A DNA stretch of 64,000 nucleotides. Source: Gemmatimonadota bacterium (GTDB lineage Bacteria; Gemmatimonadota; Gemmatimonadetes; Palauibacterales; Palauibacteraceae). This document shows positions 30,504-41,370 of this stretch, piece by piece. The first letter of the stretch is position 1. The number at the start of each line of letters is the position of its first letter. Made by a program: the position numbers and the translations under genes. Location of the stretch: positions 40,778-104,777 of the forward strand of contig JBHIAV010000005.1 in the NCBI GenBank assembly GCA_046758745.1, read 5' to 3'. Below the pieces are notes generated by a model, which searched no databases, was not told the DNA's origin, and worked only from the letters and a program-made list of their open reading frames with translations.

Positions 30504-32315
30504 CTATTCGACTGACAAGCCGCTCCGGAAGGCGAGGGCGGGCATCTCGATGTCGTCCAGATACTCGCGGATGGCGACGCGCACCTCCCTAGCCGACTCC
30601 ACGCGATGAAGGTCTGCGCACAGGCGCTCGAGGTCGCCCGCTGAAACGGCGCGTACGACCTCCTTGACCTCGGCCAGAGAGGAGAGCGAGAGGCTGAACT
30701 TACGGTAGCCGAGGCCGATGAGGACGCAGATCCCGATCGGGTCTCCCGCCACGTCCCCGCAGGCCCCGAGGTCGAGTTCGTGCCGGGCCGCTTCCCGCAC
30801 GAGCCGGGAGTACATACGCAGCATGGCCGGGTGCAGCGAATCGTACATCTCCGCCAGCTTCGCATTGCCCCGGTCCGCCGCCAGAACGTATTGCGTCAGG
30901 TCGTTCGACCCCAGACTGACGAAATCCACGTGCGGGGCCAGCAGGTCGAGGATCTCCAGCGCCGCGGGCGTCTCGACCATGACCCCGACGGGCACCCGTC
31001 TCTCGCGCAGGCCCGGCTCCAGCGAGTCGTACACCTCCCGCAGGATCGCCCGCGTGCGACGCACCTCGTCGACTGAAACGATGAACGGGAGCAGGAGGCG
31101 AAGGTCCCCGTGCTGCGCCGCGCGCACGGCCGCCCGTAGCTGGTTGCGGAAGAGCTCCGGCAGATCCAGGCAGACCCGGATCGCGCGCCACCCGAGGTAA
31201 GGGTTCTCCTCCGGCGGCATCGCGAGGAAGAGTGGAAACTTGTCTCCTCCGATGTCGAAGGTTCGGAGAGTGACCTCGCTCCGGGGGAAGACCTCTAACA
31301 CGCGCCGATACGCCTCGTACTGCTCCTCTTCGCTCGGGATCTCACGTCGGCCGATGACGAGAAACTCCGAGCGGAAAAGGCCGACGCCGCGCGCCCCGAG
31401 GTCGCGGGCTTCCCCCGCGTCGTCTGGCTGGTCGAGGTTCGCCTGGACGACCACCGGCACCCGGTCCGTCGTCTCCGTCGGCTGGTGGGCGAGCTCGGTG
31501 AGGCGTCTCTGCCGCTGCGACGCCTGTACCGCGGCCCGGCAGAAGCTGTCGATCTCATCCTCGGAGGGATCGAGGACGATCCTCCCCGTGCCGCCGTCGA
31601 GCAGAAGGAAGCTCCCGTCCTCGATCTCGGCCAGGCGAGGCCCGACTCCCACCACGGCCGGGATACCGAGAGCGCGCGCGAGGAGGGCGGTGTGCGAGCC
31701 GCGGGATCCTCCGGCGCTCACGAAGCCCACCACACGTGCCGGATCGAAGCGTACGGCAACGCTGGGCGTGACCTCGTCGGCCACCAGGATCGATGGTTCG
31801 TCCCACGGTGTCTCCCAGGGAGGACCCGCGTTTCCGAGCAGCGGGTAGAGGACGCGGAGGCGGACGTCGCGCAGGTCGGCGAGGCGATCGAGAACCATCG
31901 CGTGCGCCGAGTCGAGGAACCGCGCACGGATCTCCAGGATCCGCCAATCGAAGGCTCGCTCGGCAGCGAGGTAGTTGTCGCGGATGTAGGCGATCGTGCC
32001 CTCGACCATATCGGGATCGTCGATCATCAGCGCCTGCGATTCGAACAGCTTCGCCTCGAGAGGTCCGATTCGTTCGGCCGTTTCGTCGCGCAGCCCGAGG
32101 ATCTCCCGTCGAGCCCAGTCACGGGCTCTGGTGAAGCGCTCGATCTCCGCTTCGACTTCCCCGGGACCGATGGTGCGGTGAGGCACGGGCGGAATGTCCC
32201 AATCGACCCGCCGCGCTATACCCAGGACTCGGCCGGTAGAGGCCGCGATCCCCTCGATGTGGCAGCTCAGCGCGCCCTTCGATTCCGGCAGCTCAGGACT
32301 CCTCCCCCGCGACAT
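30504..32315 (-). CDS. ptsI: PTS enzyme I (phosphoenolpyruvate-protein phosphotransferase)
   Basis: SHTALLAR (phospho-His), [39 protein letters not shown]. Confidence 0.96.
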   Translation of the reverse strand: MSRGRSPELPESKGALSCHIEGIAASTGRVLGIARRVDWDIPPVPHRTIGPGEVEAEIERFTRARDWARREILGLRDETAERIGPLEAKLFESQALMIDDPDMVEGTIAYIRDNYLAAERAFDWRILEIRARFLDSAHAMVLDRLADLRDVRLRVLYPLLGNAGPPWETPWDEPSILVADEVTPSVAVRFDPARVVGFVSAGGSRGSHTALLARALGIPAVVGVGPRLAEIEDGSFLLLDGGTGRIVLDPSEDEIDSFCRAAVQASQRQRRLTELAHQPTETTDRVPVVVQANLDQPDDAGEARDLGARGVGLFRSEFLVIGRREIPSEEEQYEAYRRVLEVFPRSEVTLRTFDIGGDKFPLFLAMPPEENPYLGWRAIRVCLDLPELFRNQLRAAVRAAQHGDLRLLLPFIVSVDEVRRTRAILREVYDSLEPGLRERRVPVGVMVETPAALEILDLLAPHVDFVSLGSNDLTQYVLAADRGNAKLAEMYDSLHPAMLRMYSRLVREAARHELDLGACGDVAGDPIGICVLIGLGYRKFSLSLSSLAEVKEVVRAVSAGDLERLCADLHRVESAREVRVAIREYLDDIEMPALAFRSGLSVE

Positions 32316-32601
32316 TCTCGTAGTCCGTCTCCTGTTCGCCGAAGTCTCTCCGCACCAGCTCGCATAGGGCCGCGACCGCCTGGGAGCTGTCCTCGCCCTC
32401 CGCCCGTATGGTTAACGTGGATCCACATTCCGCGGCCAGCATCATCACGCCCATGATGCTCTTCCCGTTGACCTCCAATCCGTCCTTCTCGACCAATATC
32501 GTCGCCGCGAAGCTCGAAGCCAGCTTCACGAACTCGGCCGCCGGCCGCGCGTGCAGCCCGAATCGGTTCCCCACCCGGACGGTGGCGCTGCTCTCGCTCA
32601 C
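32293..32601 (-). CDS. ptsH: Phosphocarrier protein HPr
   Basis: GLHARPAA (His15) and NGKSIMG (Ser46). Confidence 0.95.
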   Translation of the reverse strand: MSESSATVRVGNRFGLHARPAAEFVKLASSFAATILVEKDGLEVNGKSIMGVMMLAAECGSTLTIRAEGEDSSQAVAALCELVRRDFGEQETDYENVAGEES

Positions 32602-32641
32602 CGGCGCGACCCAAAGGCCGGAGCGCCCGACCGTCCCCACA

Positions 32642-33379
32642 CTAGCCGAGCGTCAGCCAGACGAGCGGGGCGGCGAGAAGCAGGCCGATCGCGATCTTCC
32701 CACCTCTGGCCGGCCACCGAAACGCCACCAGCGCGGCGCTCGCCCCGCCGATCGCCAGCGGGATGCCGGCGTCGGCTACGTGCGGGATCCGCAGCGAGAG
32801 CGCGAGCGTCGCCGCCCCGAGCAGCAGCAGGTTCAGGGGAGCCAGCGCCGTTGCCACCCGGTCCAGCCACGAGTCGTGGAGTGCGCGGCCGAGGCGAAGC
32901 CCGCGCAGCCATCCCGTGCGCATCCCCCAGATGCGGAGCGCGGCGTGGCCGGAGTTGTACAGCCCGAGGAAGGCGAGGGCCGCCACCCACGGCGTCGCTC
33001 CCGCCGCGAAGAGCAGGATCGCGACGAAGAGACAGACGGGGCGCCACGTCGCCCATACGAGGCGGTCTCCGAGCGTGCCGAGCGGTCCCCGAATTGCGAT
33101 CCGGAATCGCTCGATCTTTTCGGCCTCTTCACCCTCCGCCTCGAGGCGCGCCAGGGCCCCGACCGCCATTGGGCAGAGGTAGGGGTGGGCGTTGAAGGAC
33201 TCGAGATGACGCCGAACCGCTGTCTTGAGCCCCACCGGGTCCCCGGCGTACACCCGCCGCAGCAGCGGAAGGAGGCTGTACGCGATGCCGCCCCCCAGCA
33301 GCGTGCGGTAGTTCCACGAGCCCTGGACGGCGAATCCGCGAAGCCAGGCGGACACGAAGTCCGTTCGGAGGGGCCGCAT
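32642..33379 (-). CDS. PTS mannose/fructose/sorbose family IID
   Basis: QGSWNY, RHLESFNAHPY, GPLG.LGD.L.W. Confidence 0.88.
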   Translation of the reverse strand: MRPLRTDFVSAWLRGFAVQGSWNYRTLLGGGIAYSLLPLLRRVYAGDPVGLKTAVRRHLESFNAHPYLCPMAVGALARLEAEGEEAEKIERFRIAIRGPLGTLGDRLVWATWRPVCLFVAILLFAAGATPWVAALAFLGLYNSGHAALRIWGMRTGWLRGLRLGRALHDSWLDRVATALAPLNLLLLGAATLALSLRIPHVADAGIPLAIGGASAALVAFRWPARGGKIAIGLLLAAPLVWLTLG

Positions 33380-34080
33380 CAGTACGCCCTCCCGACGACC
33401 CAGGCGACGGCGGCTCCGAGCAGCAACAGATGCCACGCGTGGAGGCTGGCCGAGAGGGTCCTCGCTCCCGACCCTGCGGACCCGCTCACCGCCACGACGA
33501 GAAGCGCGGCGGTGGCGGCCACGGCCGTTGGAGCGAGCGAAGAACCCGCCGCCAGTCGCGTCGCGATCGCCGTCGGCAGGGCAAAGCCGCCCGTGATCAG
33601 GCCCGCCCGGAGGGCATCCAGCGCGATCGCGGTGCGGTGGCGACGCTCCAGCCTCGCCGGCTCGCCCGCCAGCGCCTCGACTGGCTTGAGGAGCCCTTCA
33701 TTGATGCGCCGGAGCAGGTGGACGGAACGGGCGCCGAGCCACCCGATCGCCCAGCCGGCGAGGAGCGCCACGACCAGGGCCGCGAGCCCGGACCCTCCCG
33801 CCGCAGCGTATCCGGCGCCGGCGACGACTCCGGCCGGTCCGGTGTCCGGGTACGTCGCGGCGCCGTAGGGGGGATGGGCGAGGGCGAGCAGCTCCAGAAT
33901 CGCCCCGCACATGAAACCCGCGGCCGGATCACCGAGCAGCGTCCCCCCCAGCGTGCCGGCGACCAACGGGCGCGACAGCATGAGCTGGGGCCACGAGACG
34001 GCGTCAACGCCGCACACGGCGCCGCACGTCACCAGCAGGAGCCAGGTGCCCGGGCCGATCGCGAGCTCAGTCAGCGGCAT
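33379..34080 (-). CDS. PTS mannose/fructose/sorbose family IIC
   Basis: Q.M.SRPLVAG.L.G..LGD...G...GAILEL, P.GA..YPD. Confidence 0.85.
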   Translation of the reverse strand: MPLTELAIGPGTWLLLVTCGAVCGVDAVSWPQLMLSRPLVAGTLGGTLLGDPAAGFMCGAILELLALAHPPYGAATYPDTGPAGVVAGAGYAAAGGSGLAALVVALLAGWAIGWLGARSVHLLRRINEGLLKPVEALAGEPARLERRHRTAIALDALRAGLITGGFALPTAIATRLAAGSSLAPTAVAATAALLVVAVSGSAGSGARTLSASLHAWHLLLLGAAVAWVVGRAY

Positions 34081-34555
34081 GCAGCACTCCGTCCAGCTCT
34101 ACCTCCGTCGCGGTGGGGAGATCACGTGCGGTGAGCGAGCGCGCCAGCTCCGCGATGACCCGAAGGTCGTCCACCTCGGCGTCCCGCAGGTACACGTAGT
34201 CGAGCACGGCGCGGCGGCCGGGGCCATCGTGCAGCCCTCCGACGTTCACACGCCGGTCCTGCAGCCGGCCCGTCTCCGCGAGGGCCCGCATCGCCCCGGT
34301 GCCTCGCGTGAGCAGCGCGCCCACACCCGGCAGCGCGTCCAGCTCCGAGAAACGATCGATCGCTTCCACCTCGCTCAGGAAGTAGACAGAGATGTTCTTG
34401 GGAAGCCCGGCGCCATACAGCTCCTGCTCCCACTCGCTCTCCGCGATCCGGTCGTCCACCACCACGTAATACGAGATCCGGAGCCGCACGCCCCAGCCGA
34501 CGATCACCTGGCCGTGCAGGAGGCGTTCGTCAATCCGAAACAGGCTGATCGGCAC
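34067..34555 (-). CDS. PTS mannose/sorbose family IIB
   Basis: RIDERLLHGQV (phospho-His), VNVGG. GTG at 34555. Confidence 0.9.
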   Translation of the reverse strand: MPISLFRIDERLLHGQVIVGWGVRLRISYYVVVDDRIAESEWEQELYGAGLPKNISVYFLSEVEAIDRFSELDALPGVGALLTRGTGAMRALAETGRLQDRRVNVGGLHDGPGRRAVLDYVYLRDAEVDDLRVIAELARSLTARDLPTATEVELDGVLHAAD

Positions 34556-34943
34556 GCGACGACTCCCCGGGGAGGTGGAGCGTGGTCCCGGCCCGACCCT
34601 TGGCCACAAGCCGACGGCTGAGCGTCTCCAGCTCCATGTCGCGGTGGAAGACGAAATCGAGCAGCATGGAAAGGCTGACTCCGGTGACCACCGCGACCCG
34701 CGGCGACCGCATGCACAGGGCCCGGCCGGCGAAAGCGCAGCTGCCGCTCGCCAAGTCGACGAAGATGATCGCCGGTCCCTCGCCCACGGCCGTCTCCACG
34801 CGAGCGCTCAGCTCCTCCGGTGTGCAGCCGAGGTTGCTGATCGGTGAGAGGGCGCCACGCACCCCGGAGATCTCCTCCGCGGCGCGGATCATGGACGCGG
34901 CCATGTCACCGTGTGCAACCACGACGCCGACCACGTCACTCAT
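34530..34943 (-). CDS. PTS mannose family IIA
   Basis: VVVAHG (phospho-His), FVDLASGS, VTGVSLSML. Confidence 0.88.
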   Translation of the reverse strand: MSDVVGVVVAHGDMAASMIRAAEEISGVRGALSPISNLGCTPEELSARVETAVGEGPAIIFVDLASGSCAFAGRALCMRSPRVAVVTGVSLSMLLDFVFHRDMELETLSRRLVAKGRAGTTLHLPGESSRADQPVSD

Positions 34944-35895
34944 AATCCTCCTCGAGATACTCCCGGATCGGCTGCAACTTCTCCTTCAGCCGATGTTGAA
35001 AGAGCGTGGCGCTGTCCACACCGGCATAGCGAAGGAGATGCCGCATGGCGACGACCTCACACAGCACCGTCAGGTTCTTCCCCGGGTTCAACGGGATCAC
35101 CACCTTGGGGAGCGGCACGGCCAGGATCGGGGTCGATTCCACCTCCAGCCCGGTCCGATCGTAGTAGCCGTCGTCCCTCCACTCCTCGAGCTGCACCACC
35201 ACCTCGATCCGCTTCTGCTGTCGGGTCGCCCGAATGCCGAACAGCGCCCGCACATCGATGATCCCGATCCCCCGAATCTCCATGTGATGGCGCTGCAGCT
35301 CGTGACCCCGGCCGATCAGGACATCGACCCCGCGCCGGGTGATCATCACGACATCGTCAGCGACCAACCGGTGACCGCGTTCGACCAGATCCAGCACGCA
35401 CTCGCTCTTCCCGATCCCGCTCTTGCCCACGAACAGCAGTCCGACCCCGTACACGTCCGCCAGCGAACCGTGGATCGCCGTCGTGGGGGCGAATTCCTCT
35501 TCGAGGAACGGCTGGATACGCCGGTAGAACTCGCCCGTCTTGAGCGTCGTCCGAATCAGGGGCACGGAGCTCGCTCGGGCGCACTCGACCAGCTCGGCCG
35601 GAGGCTCCAGCCCCTTCGTGACGAAGATCGCGGGAATGTCGAAGGTGAGGAACTCGCGCAGCACGGACGCCCGCTGGTCCGGCGGGAGAGATCTCAGGTA
35701 TGTGATCTCCGTCTCGCCCATGACCTGGATCCGGCGCTCGGGAAAGCGCTCGACGTACCCGCTGAGCGCGAGGCCCGGGCTCGATACCTCGGGGCCGGCG
35801 ATGATGCGGTCCAGGCCGCCGTTCCCCCCCACGAGATCGAGGAAGAGGATCTCCCGCTTCCGCGCCAGGAGATCCCGTACACGGAGTTCGCTCAA
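34936..35895 (-). CDS. hprK: HPr kinase/phosphorylase
   Basis: GKSGIGKSE, GHRLVADD, MEIRGIGII. TTGA overlap with the hpf stop. Confidence 0.96.
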   Translation of the reverse strand: MSELRVRDLLARKREILFLDLVGGNGGLDRIIAGPEVSSPGLALSGYVERFPERRIQVMGETEITYLRSLPPDQRASVLREFLTFDIPAIFVTKGLEPPAELVECARASSVPLIRTTLKTGEFYRRIQPFLEEEFAPTTAIHGSLADVYGVGLLFVGKSGIGKSECVLDLVERGHRLVADDVVMITRRGVDVLIGRGHELQRHHMEIRGIGIIDVRALFGIRATRQQKRIEVVVQLEEWRDDGYYDRTGLEVESTPILAVPLPKVVIPLNPGKNLTVLCEVVAMRHLLRYAGVDSATLFQHRLKEKLQPIREYLEEDYE

Positions 35896-36227
35896 GCGCT
35901 CTGATCCAGCTCGAGGGTGGCTTCTCTCGCGACGGCTTTGTGATCGCGTCGTCGAGAGCGGGATTTCTTCAGCTGCCGGGACAGCTTGTCTATCACCCGG
36001 TCGATGGCCGTGCGGAACTCGGACGCCTCGGCGTGCGCGTGGATCGAGTCGGCGCGGCTGATCGCGAGCTGGGCCTCCACCTCGCACCGGTTCTTCTCTT
36101 CGAGGAGCGTGACCTCAACCCGCAAGATGCGCGGCTCGAACCGGACGAGTCGGGAGAACCGCTCGTCGATCAGAGAACGGAGTGTGTCTGACACCTCGAA
36201 ATGCCGAGCAGAAACGATCACCTGCAT
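35892..36227 (-). CDS. hpf: Ribosome hibernation promoting factor (HPF/RaiA)
   Basis: MQVIVSARHFEVS, AID.V.DKL.RQLKK. GGAGG RBS. Confidence 0.9.
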   Translation of the reverse strand: MQVIVSARHFEVSDTLRSLIDERFSRLVRFEPRILRVEVTLLEEKNRCEVEAQLAISRADSIHAHAEASEFRTAIDRVIDKLSRQLKKSRSRRRDHKAVAREATLELDQSA

Positions 36228-36241
36228 TCTGTATGCCTCCT

Positions 36242-37351
36242 TTACCGCGAGCACACGGCGGCGAGCGTCTCCTCCGTCTCTCGGGCCGCTCGATCCCAGG
36301 TGAAACCGGCCGCGTGGGCGATTCCCCCCTCACCGAGTCGCGCCCGCAGCTCGGGGTCCGTGCAGATCGCCTGCAGCCGGTCCGCCCACGCCTGCGGGTC
36401 GTCGTGGCGAACCAGGAAGCCGCTCACTCCATCCACGACTGACTCGCGAAGCCCGGGCGAATCGCTGGCGACACAGGGCGTGCCGCACGCCGCGGCTTCC
36501 AGATTCGTGATCCCCCAACCCTCCTTCGGCGAGGGATATACACTTACCCACGCGCGTCTCAGAAGATCGATCTTCTCCTCCTCCCCGACGAATCCCAGAA
36601 ACTTCACGCGCTCCTCGACCCTGGCTCGCTCGGCGATCCGGACGAGCCGTTCGGCGTCGTCACCCCGCCCCGCGACCAGCAGCCGGGTCCGCAGGCCGCG
36701 AGCCTCAAGGATCGCCAGCGCGCGAATGACGACGTCGAGGCCCTTGTAACGCTTCAGACGACCCACGTACGCCAGTGTCGGTTCGGTGAAACGCGGCCTG
36801 GAGGGATCTGGCTTGAACCGCGAGTGATCCAGGCCCGGGAAGATCACTCGGATCCTCTCGGGATCGAAGCCGCGCTTTTCCAGGTCCCCCGCCGTGCTGC
36901 GGGAGATCGCCACGAACGGCACCGCGCCGTACGCGATCGGCATGAGACGCTCCGCGAGCCAAACGGTCGCCGCGATCGGGAACGCCTCCTGCGTGAACGC
37001 CGTGGTACCGAAAAGGTGGGGCACCAGGCCGAGCACCGGGACCCGACTCCACCATGGTGTGAACAGCGGCAGCTTGTTGATGTCCTCGACAATGATGTCG
37101 AAGTCCTCGCCACGCGACCTCGTCACGAAGGCCCGATACGCTACCAGCGGGAACGTGTACCGCCTGCCGGCCCTCCACACCCTCATCCCGTCGACGCCTG
37201 TCTCCACGGGCGCATCGCTCCACCCCGACGCGAGGAGCGTCACGTCGTGACCCCTGGCCGCCACGCGCCCGAAGATCTCGTGCAGGTGAACCTCGGCGCC
37301 CCCCGCCTGCGGGTTCAGCCGGTCCTGCCAGTTGACCACGAGGATCCGCAC
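36242..37351 (-). CDS. Glycosyltransferase family 4
   Basis: RIL..NW.D..NP.AGGAE, VGRLKRYKG, EGWGITNLEA.A.GTP. Confidence 0.92.
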   Translation of the reverse strand: MRILVVNWQDRLNPQAGGAEVHLHEIFGRVAARGHDVTLLASGWSDAPVETGVDGMRVWRAGRRYTFPLVAYRAFVTRSRGEDFDIIVEDINKLPLFTPWWSRVPVLGLVPHLFGTTAFTQEAFPIAATVWLAERLMPIAYGAVPFVAISRSTAGDLEKRGFDPERIRVIFPGLDHSRFKPDPSRPRFTEPTLAYVGRLKRYKGLDVVIRALAILEARGLRTRLLVAGRGDDAERLVRIAERARVEERVKFLGFVGEEEKIDLLRRAWVSVYPSPKEGWGITNLEAAACGTPCVASDSPGLRESVVDGVSGFLVRHDDPQAWADRLQAICTDPELRARLGEGGIAHAAGFTWDRAARETEETLAAVCSR

Positions 37352-37371
37352 GCGTTCGGCGCACTCCGCGG

Positions 37372-37797
37372 TCAGCGGGTGACCGGGATCTTGCGGCTCA
37401 CGGCGTCGAGAACGCCGTTGACGAAGCGCGGGCTGTCGATGCTTCCGTATTTCTCGGCCAGCCGGATCGCCTCGTGGATCACTACCGGGACCGGGACATC
37501 CGGACAGGAGGTCAGCTCGGCGACCGCGAGACGGAGGATGTTCCGGTCGATCGCCGACAGCCGCTCGATCCTCCAGTTCTCCATGCACTCCTCGAGAAGC
37601 GAGTCGATGCCGCCGACCCGTCCCTCCACACTCCTGAGCAGCCGGTCGATGTGCGGGCGATAGCGTCTCCCGACCCTTCGGCGGAGCATCTCGCGCTCCG
37701 CAAACTCGATGAGCGACGGCTCGCCCGAGATCTCCCAGGCGTACAGCAGCTGCAGGACCCAGCTTCGGGCACGGGTCCTCGGGCTTCTGCCCTTCAT
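37372..37797 (-). CDS. nusB: Transcription antitermination factor NusB
   Basis: R.RAR...LQ.LY, WRIERL..IDRNILR, FVNGVLD. Confidence 0.95.
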   Translation of the reverse strand: MKGRSPRTRARSWVLQLLYAWEISGEPSLIEFAEREMLRRRVGRRYRPHIDRLLRSVEGRVGGIDSLLEECMENWRIERLSAIDRNILRLAVAELTSCPDVPVPVVIHEAIRLAEKYGSIDSPRFVNGVLDAVSRKIPVTR

Positions 37798-38255
37798 GGC
37801 AGCTGATCGGCCAGGGCGCTCAGCTCGAGCGCGGCGAGCGCGGCCTCCTCGCCCTTGTTGCCCACCGTACCACCCGAGCGGTCGAGCGCCTGGGGCAGGT
37901 TCTCAGTGGTCAGCAGACCGAAGCCGATCGGAATCGGATTCTGCCGCGCCAGCGCGGCCAGCCCATCCGTGGCCCCGCGACACACGTAGTCGAAGTGGGG
38001 CGTTTCCCCCCGGATCACGCAGCCCAGGGCCACGATCCCGTCGTAGCCCATCCGCGCGGCCATGCGTGCGGCCTGAGGGAGCTCCCATGCGCCCGGCACC
38101 CTGATGACGTCGATATCCTCCGCACGTACGCCGTGCCGGAGGAGCGCCTGCCGTGCCCCCGCTTCCAGGCGCTCCGTAACCATCGGGTTGAACCGGCTGA
38201 CCACCAGGCAGAAGCGCCGTCCCTCACCCCGCGGCTCCGCCTGGAACTCCGTCAT
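37794..38255 (-). CDS. ribH: 6,7-dimethyl-8-ribityllumazine synthase
   Basis: SRFN, VPGAWELP, GCVIRGETPHFDYV, GNKG.EAA. Confidence 0.96.
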   Translation of the reverse strand: MTEFQAEPRGEGRRFCLVVSRFNPMVTERLEAGARQALLRHGVRAEDIDVIRVPGAWELPQAARMAARMGYDGIVALGCVIRGETPHFDYVCRGATDGLAALARQNPIPIGFGLLTTENLPQALDRSGGTVGNKGEEAALAALELSALADQLP

Positions 38256-39469
38256 GAAGTGCCGAGCAGATGCCCGAGCTTCTCGCGCTTCGTCTCCAGG
38301 TAGTCCGCGTTCACCCGTGACGCGCCCATCTCGAGCGGGACGCGATCCGTGATCTCCAGCCCGAACCCCTCGAGACCCGAGAGCTTCTTGGGATTGTTCG
38401 TCATGATCCGGATCGTGCTCAGGCCGAGATCGACTAGAATCTGGGCCCCGATTCCGTAGTTCCGAAGGTCGGCCGGAAAGCCCAGCACCTCGTTGGCCTC
38501 GACGGTGTCGTGCCCGCGGTCCTGCAGCTCATAGGCGCGCAGCTTGTTGAGAAGTCCGATCCCGCGGCCCTCTTGATCCAGGTACACGATGACCCCGGCG
38601 CCCGCCTCCGTCACCATGCGCATCGCGGCCTCGAGCTGCGCCCCGCAGTCACATCGGCAGGAGTGGAAGACATCGCCGGTCAGGCATTTGGAGTGCACTC
38701 GAACCAGCACGTCCGCGGCGCCCCGCACATCGCCGCGAACCAGCGCCACGTGCTCATGGGCATCGACGTCGTTGCGGTAGCCGATGATCTGGAACTCGCC
38801 GAACGGGGTGGGGAGCTTGGCCTCGGCCACGCGGTGGACGAGCCTCTCGTTCTTCAGACGGTACGACACGATCTGGGCGACGGTGACGAACGGAACGGCA
38901 TGGCGCTTCGAGAACTCCTGCAGCTGCGGACGGCGGGCCATCGTGCCGTCCGGGTTCAGGATCTCGCAGATGACTCCAGCCGGAACCAGCCCCGCCATCC
39001 GCGCGAGGTCCACCGAGGCTTCGGTCTGTCCGACCCGCTGTAAGACCCCCCCGGGTCTCGCGCGGAGCGGGAAGACATGGCCGGGACGCACCAGGTCCGA
39101 CGGTCGGGTGCTCGGCCCGACCGCAACCTGAATCGTGCGGGCTCTGTCCGCCGCGCTGATACCGGTCGAGACCCCGAGCTCCTGCCGCGCGTCGATGGAA
39201 ACCGTGAAAGCAGTCTCGTTCGGCCCGGCCGCACGGCCGTTCGCCATCAGCGGCAGGTCCAACCTGTCCGCGATCTGGGGCGCCAGGGTGAGGCAGATGA
39301 GCCCGCGCCCGTACGTAGCCATGAAGTTGATCTTCTCCGGCGTGATCTTCTCCGCCGCGCAGACCAGGTCACCCTCGTTCTCGCGGTCCTCGTCGTCGGC
39401 CACGATGACCAGCTCCCCACGCCGGATCGCTCCGATCGCCTCCTGTACCTTCCGATCGAACACCAACAC
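38252..39469 (-). CDS. ribBA: Bifunctional DHBP synthase / GTP cyclohydrolase II
   Basis: DDEDRENEGD, RPGHVFPL, RVHSKCLTGD...CDC, QEGRGIG, TNNP. Confidence 0.97.
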   Translation of the reverse strand: MLVFDRKVQEAIGAIRRGELVIVADDEDRENEGDLVCAAEKITPEKINFMATYGRGLICLTLAPQIADRLDLPLMANGRAAGPNETAFTVSIDARQELGVSTGISAADRARTIQVAVGPSTRPSDLVRPGHVFPLRARPGGVLQRVGQTEASVDLARMAGLVPAGVICEILNPDGTMARRPQLQEFSKRHAVPFVTVAQIVSYRLKNERLVHRVAEAKLPTPFGEFQIIGYRNDVDAHEHVALVRGDVRGAADVLVRVHSKCLTGDVFHSCRCDCGAQLEAAMRMVTEAGAGVIVYLDQEGRGIGLLNKLRAYELQDRGHDTVEANEVLGFPADLRNYGIGAQILVDLGLSTIRIMTNNPKKLSGLEGFGLEITDRVPLEMGASRVNADYLETKREKLGHLLGTS

Positions 39470-39475
39470 GAGATC

Positions 39476-40111
39476 CTACCCCCGCTCTGGATGACTCCCG
39501 GCGGCCGTGGCTTCCCGCTCGACGTAGGGCCGGAGGAGTTTGTCGACGTACTTTCCGATCAGGTCCGCTTCGATATTCACCGTGTCTCCGCCGGTGAGGC
39601 GAGACAGCGCGGTGTGACTCCATGTATACGGAATGATGGCCAGTTCCGCGACATCCCCGCGCAGGCCGTTGACGGTCAGGCTGACGCCATCCAGGGCCAG
39701 CGAGCCGAACGGGACCGTCAGCCGGGCGACCTCAGCCGGCAGCCGGACGCGGAGGAACGTGGTCTCCCCGGCCTTCTCCACCTCCAGCACGCGCCCGATC
39801 CCGTCCACGTGGCCCTGCATGAGGTGACCCCCGAAGCGCTCTCCCGTCGCGAGCGCGGGCTCGAGGTTCACCGACCGCCCCGGCCGCCACTCGCCGAGCG
39901 TGGTGCGCGAGAGCGTCGTGCGGATCGACTCGAACTCGAATCCCTCCTCGTCCGCCCGGGTCACCGTGTGGCACACCCCATCCACGGCCACGCTCTGGCC
40001 GGCGGCGAGCGCCACCGCGAAGTCCGGCGCTCCCACGCGAAAGTGGAGCCCCCCTTCCAGCGAGACCCGCTCGAGGACGATTCCGACCGCCTGCACGATC
40101 CCGGTGAACAT
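39476..40111 (-). CDS. ribE: Riboflavin synthase (alpha)
   Basis: MFTGIV, VDGVCHTV, VNLE, GGH..QGHVD, DGVSLTV. Confidence 0.95.
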   Translation of the reverse strand: MFTGIVQAVGIVLERVSLEGGLHFRVGAPDFAVALAAGQSVAVDGVCHTVTRADEEGFEFESIRTTLSRTTLGEWRPGRSVNLEPALATGERFGGHLMQGHVDGIGRVLEVEKAGETTFLRVRLPAEVARLTVPFGSLALDGVSLTVNGLRGDVAELAIIPYTWSHTALSRLTGGDTVNIEADLIGKYVDKLLRPYVEREATAAGSHPERG

Positions 40112-40125
40112 TCGCAACGTCCCCG

Positions 40126-41370
40126 CTAGGAGACCACTTCGGCCAACCGACGCAGGAGCTCCCGGTTCTCCAGACGCAGCAGGGTGTCCTCCCCGAGGGC
40201 GCGCCGCTCGCCGATCCGCCATTCCCTCGGAACCGACGCTGGCACGGCATCGAACGCGGCCAGCCCATCCGGCCCGAGGAAACGCGGAGCCGCGACGAGG
40301 TACAGTCGCTGAACGAGTCCGGCCGCCAGGAAGGCCGACCCGATCCGCGCACCTCCCTCCACCAGCAGGGAACGGATCCCCCGCGCTCGCATGGCGTGGA
40401 GGGCCGAGCCCAGATCCAGGCGGGGGGCGCCGCGCGTAGGCCCGCCGGCACCGGCCGCGCCCTTCCCGCCTCCGTCTCCCTCGGCCGGGACCGCCAGGAC
40501 GCTTACCCCCCGCGCTTCGAGGTTCGAGCGTCTGGCCGCGTCCGCTCCCGGCCCGCCGACCACCCACGTCGGAACCTCCAAAGCCGTTAGGGCCAGCGCT
40601 GCGTCCGGGCTCAACCGAAGCTCCGGATCGAGCACGATGCGCACCGGCGGCACGCGCGGCTCCGGGAGTCCCCGCGCGGTGAGCCTCGGGTCGTCCGCCT
40701 CGGCCGTCCCGATCCCGACGAGCACGGCGTCGAACCCGGCACGCCACCGGTGGACCGCCCTCCACGCCCTCTCTCCCGTCACGGGGGTCCGCGCGCCGGG
40801 TCGCGCCGCGATCCGGCCATCGAGCGAAAGGCCGAGCTTGAGGGCCACGAATGGCCGACCGGTCAGCTCGTGCCACAGGAACGGGGCGTTGAGAAGAGCG
40901 GCGCTTCGGCCCTTCACCCCGGTGGCGACCTCCACGCCGGCCCGCCGGAGCCTCGTCGCTCCCCCCGCCGCGTGCGCGTGAGGATCGCGGCATCCGATGG
41001 CCACCCGCCGCACCCGCGCGCCCAGGATCGCCTCCGTGCAGGGCGGCGTCTTCCCCTGGTGGGCGCACGGTTCCAACGTCACGTAGAGAGTAGCTCCCGC
41101 CGCCCGGTCGCCGGCTCTCCGGAGCGCCACGGCTTCGGCGTGCTCACGGCCCCACTCGCCGTGGAAGCCCTCGCCCACCACCTCACCGTCGTGCACCAGC
41201 ACGGCACCCACGAGAGGGTTGGGCGCCACTCGTCCCCAACCGCGCTCGGCGAGCTCGAGCGCCCGGCGCATCCAGGCCGGGTCGACCCACCCCGGGAGGT
41301 CGCGCCCTCGGGAAAGCTCGGGGCCCGCGGGCCGCGCTCCGGAGGCCGAACCAACCTCGGGGGGCGTCAC
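40126..41370 (-). CDS. ribD: Riboflavin biosynthesis deaminase/reductase
   Basis: PNPLVGAV, HAE, TLEPCAH.GKTPPC, SLDGRIA, LLVEGG. Confidence 0.95.
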   Translation of the reverse strand: MTPPEVGSASGARPAGPELSRGRDLPGWVDPAWMRRALELAERGWGRVAPNPLVGAVLVHDGEVVGEGFHGEWGREHAEAVALRRAGDRAAGATLYVTLEPCAHQGKTPPCTEAILGARVRRVAIGCRDPHAHAAGGATRLRRAGVEVATGVKGRSAALLNAPFLWHELTGRPFVALKLGLSLDGRIAARPGARTPVTGERAWRAVHRWRAGFDAVLVGIGTAEADDPRLTARGLPEPRVPPVRIVLDPELRLSPDAALALTALEVPTWVVGGPGADAARRSNLEARGVSVLAVPAEGDGGGKGAAGAGGPTRGAPRLDLGSALHAMRARGIRSLLVEGGARIGSAFLAAGLVQRLYLVAAPRFLGPDGLAAFDAVPASVPREWRIGERRALGEDTLLRLENRELLRRLAEVVS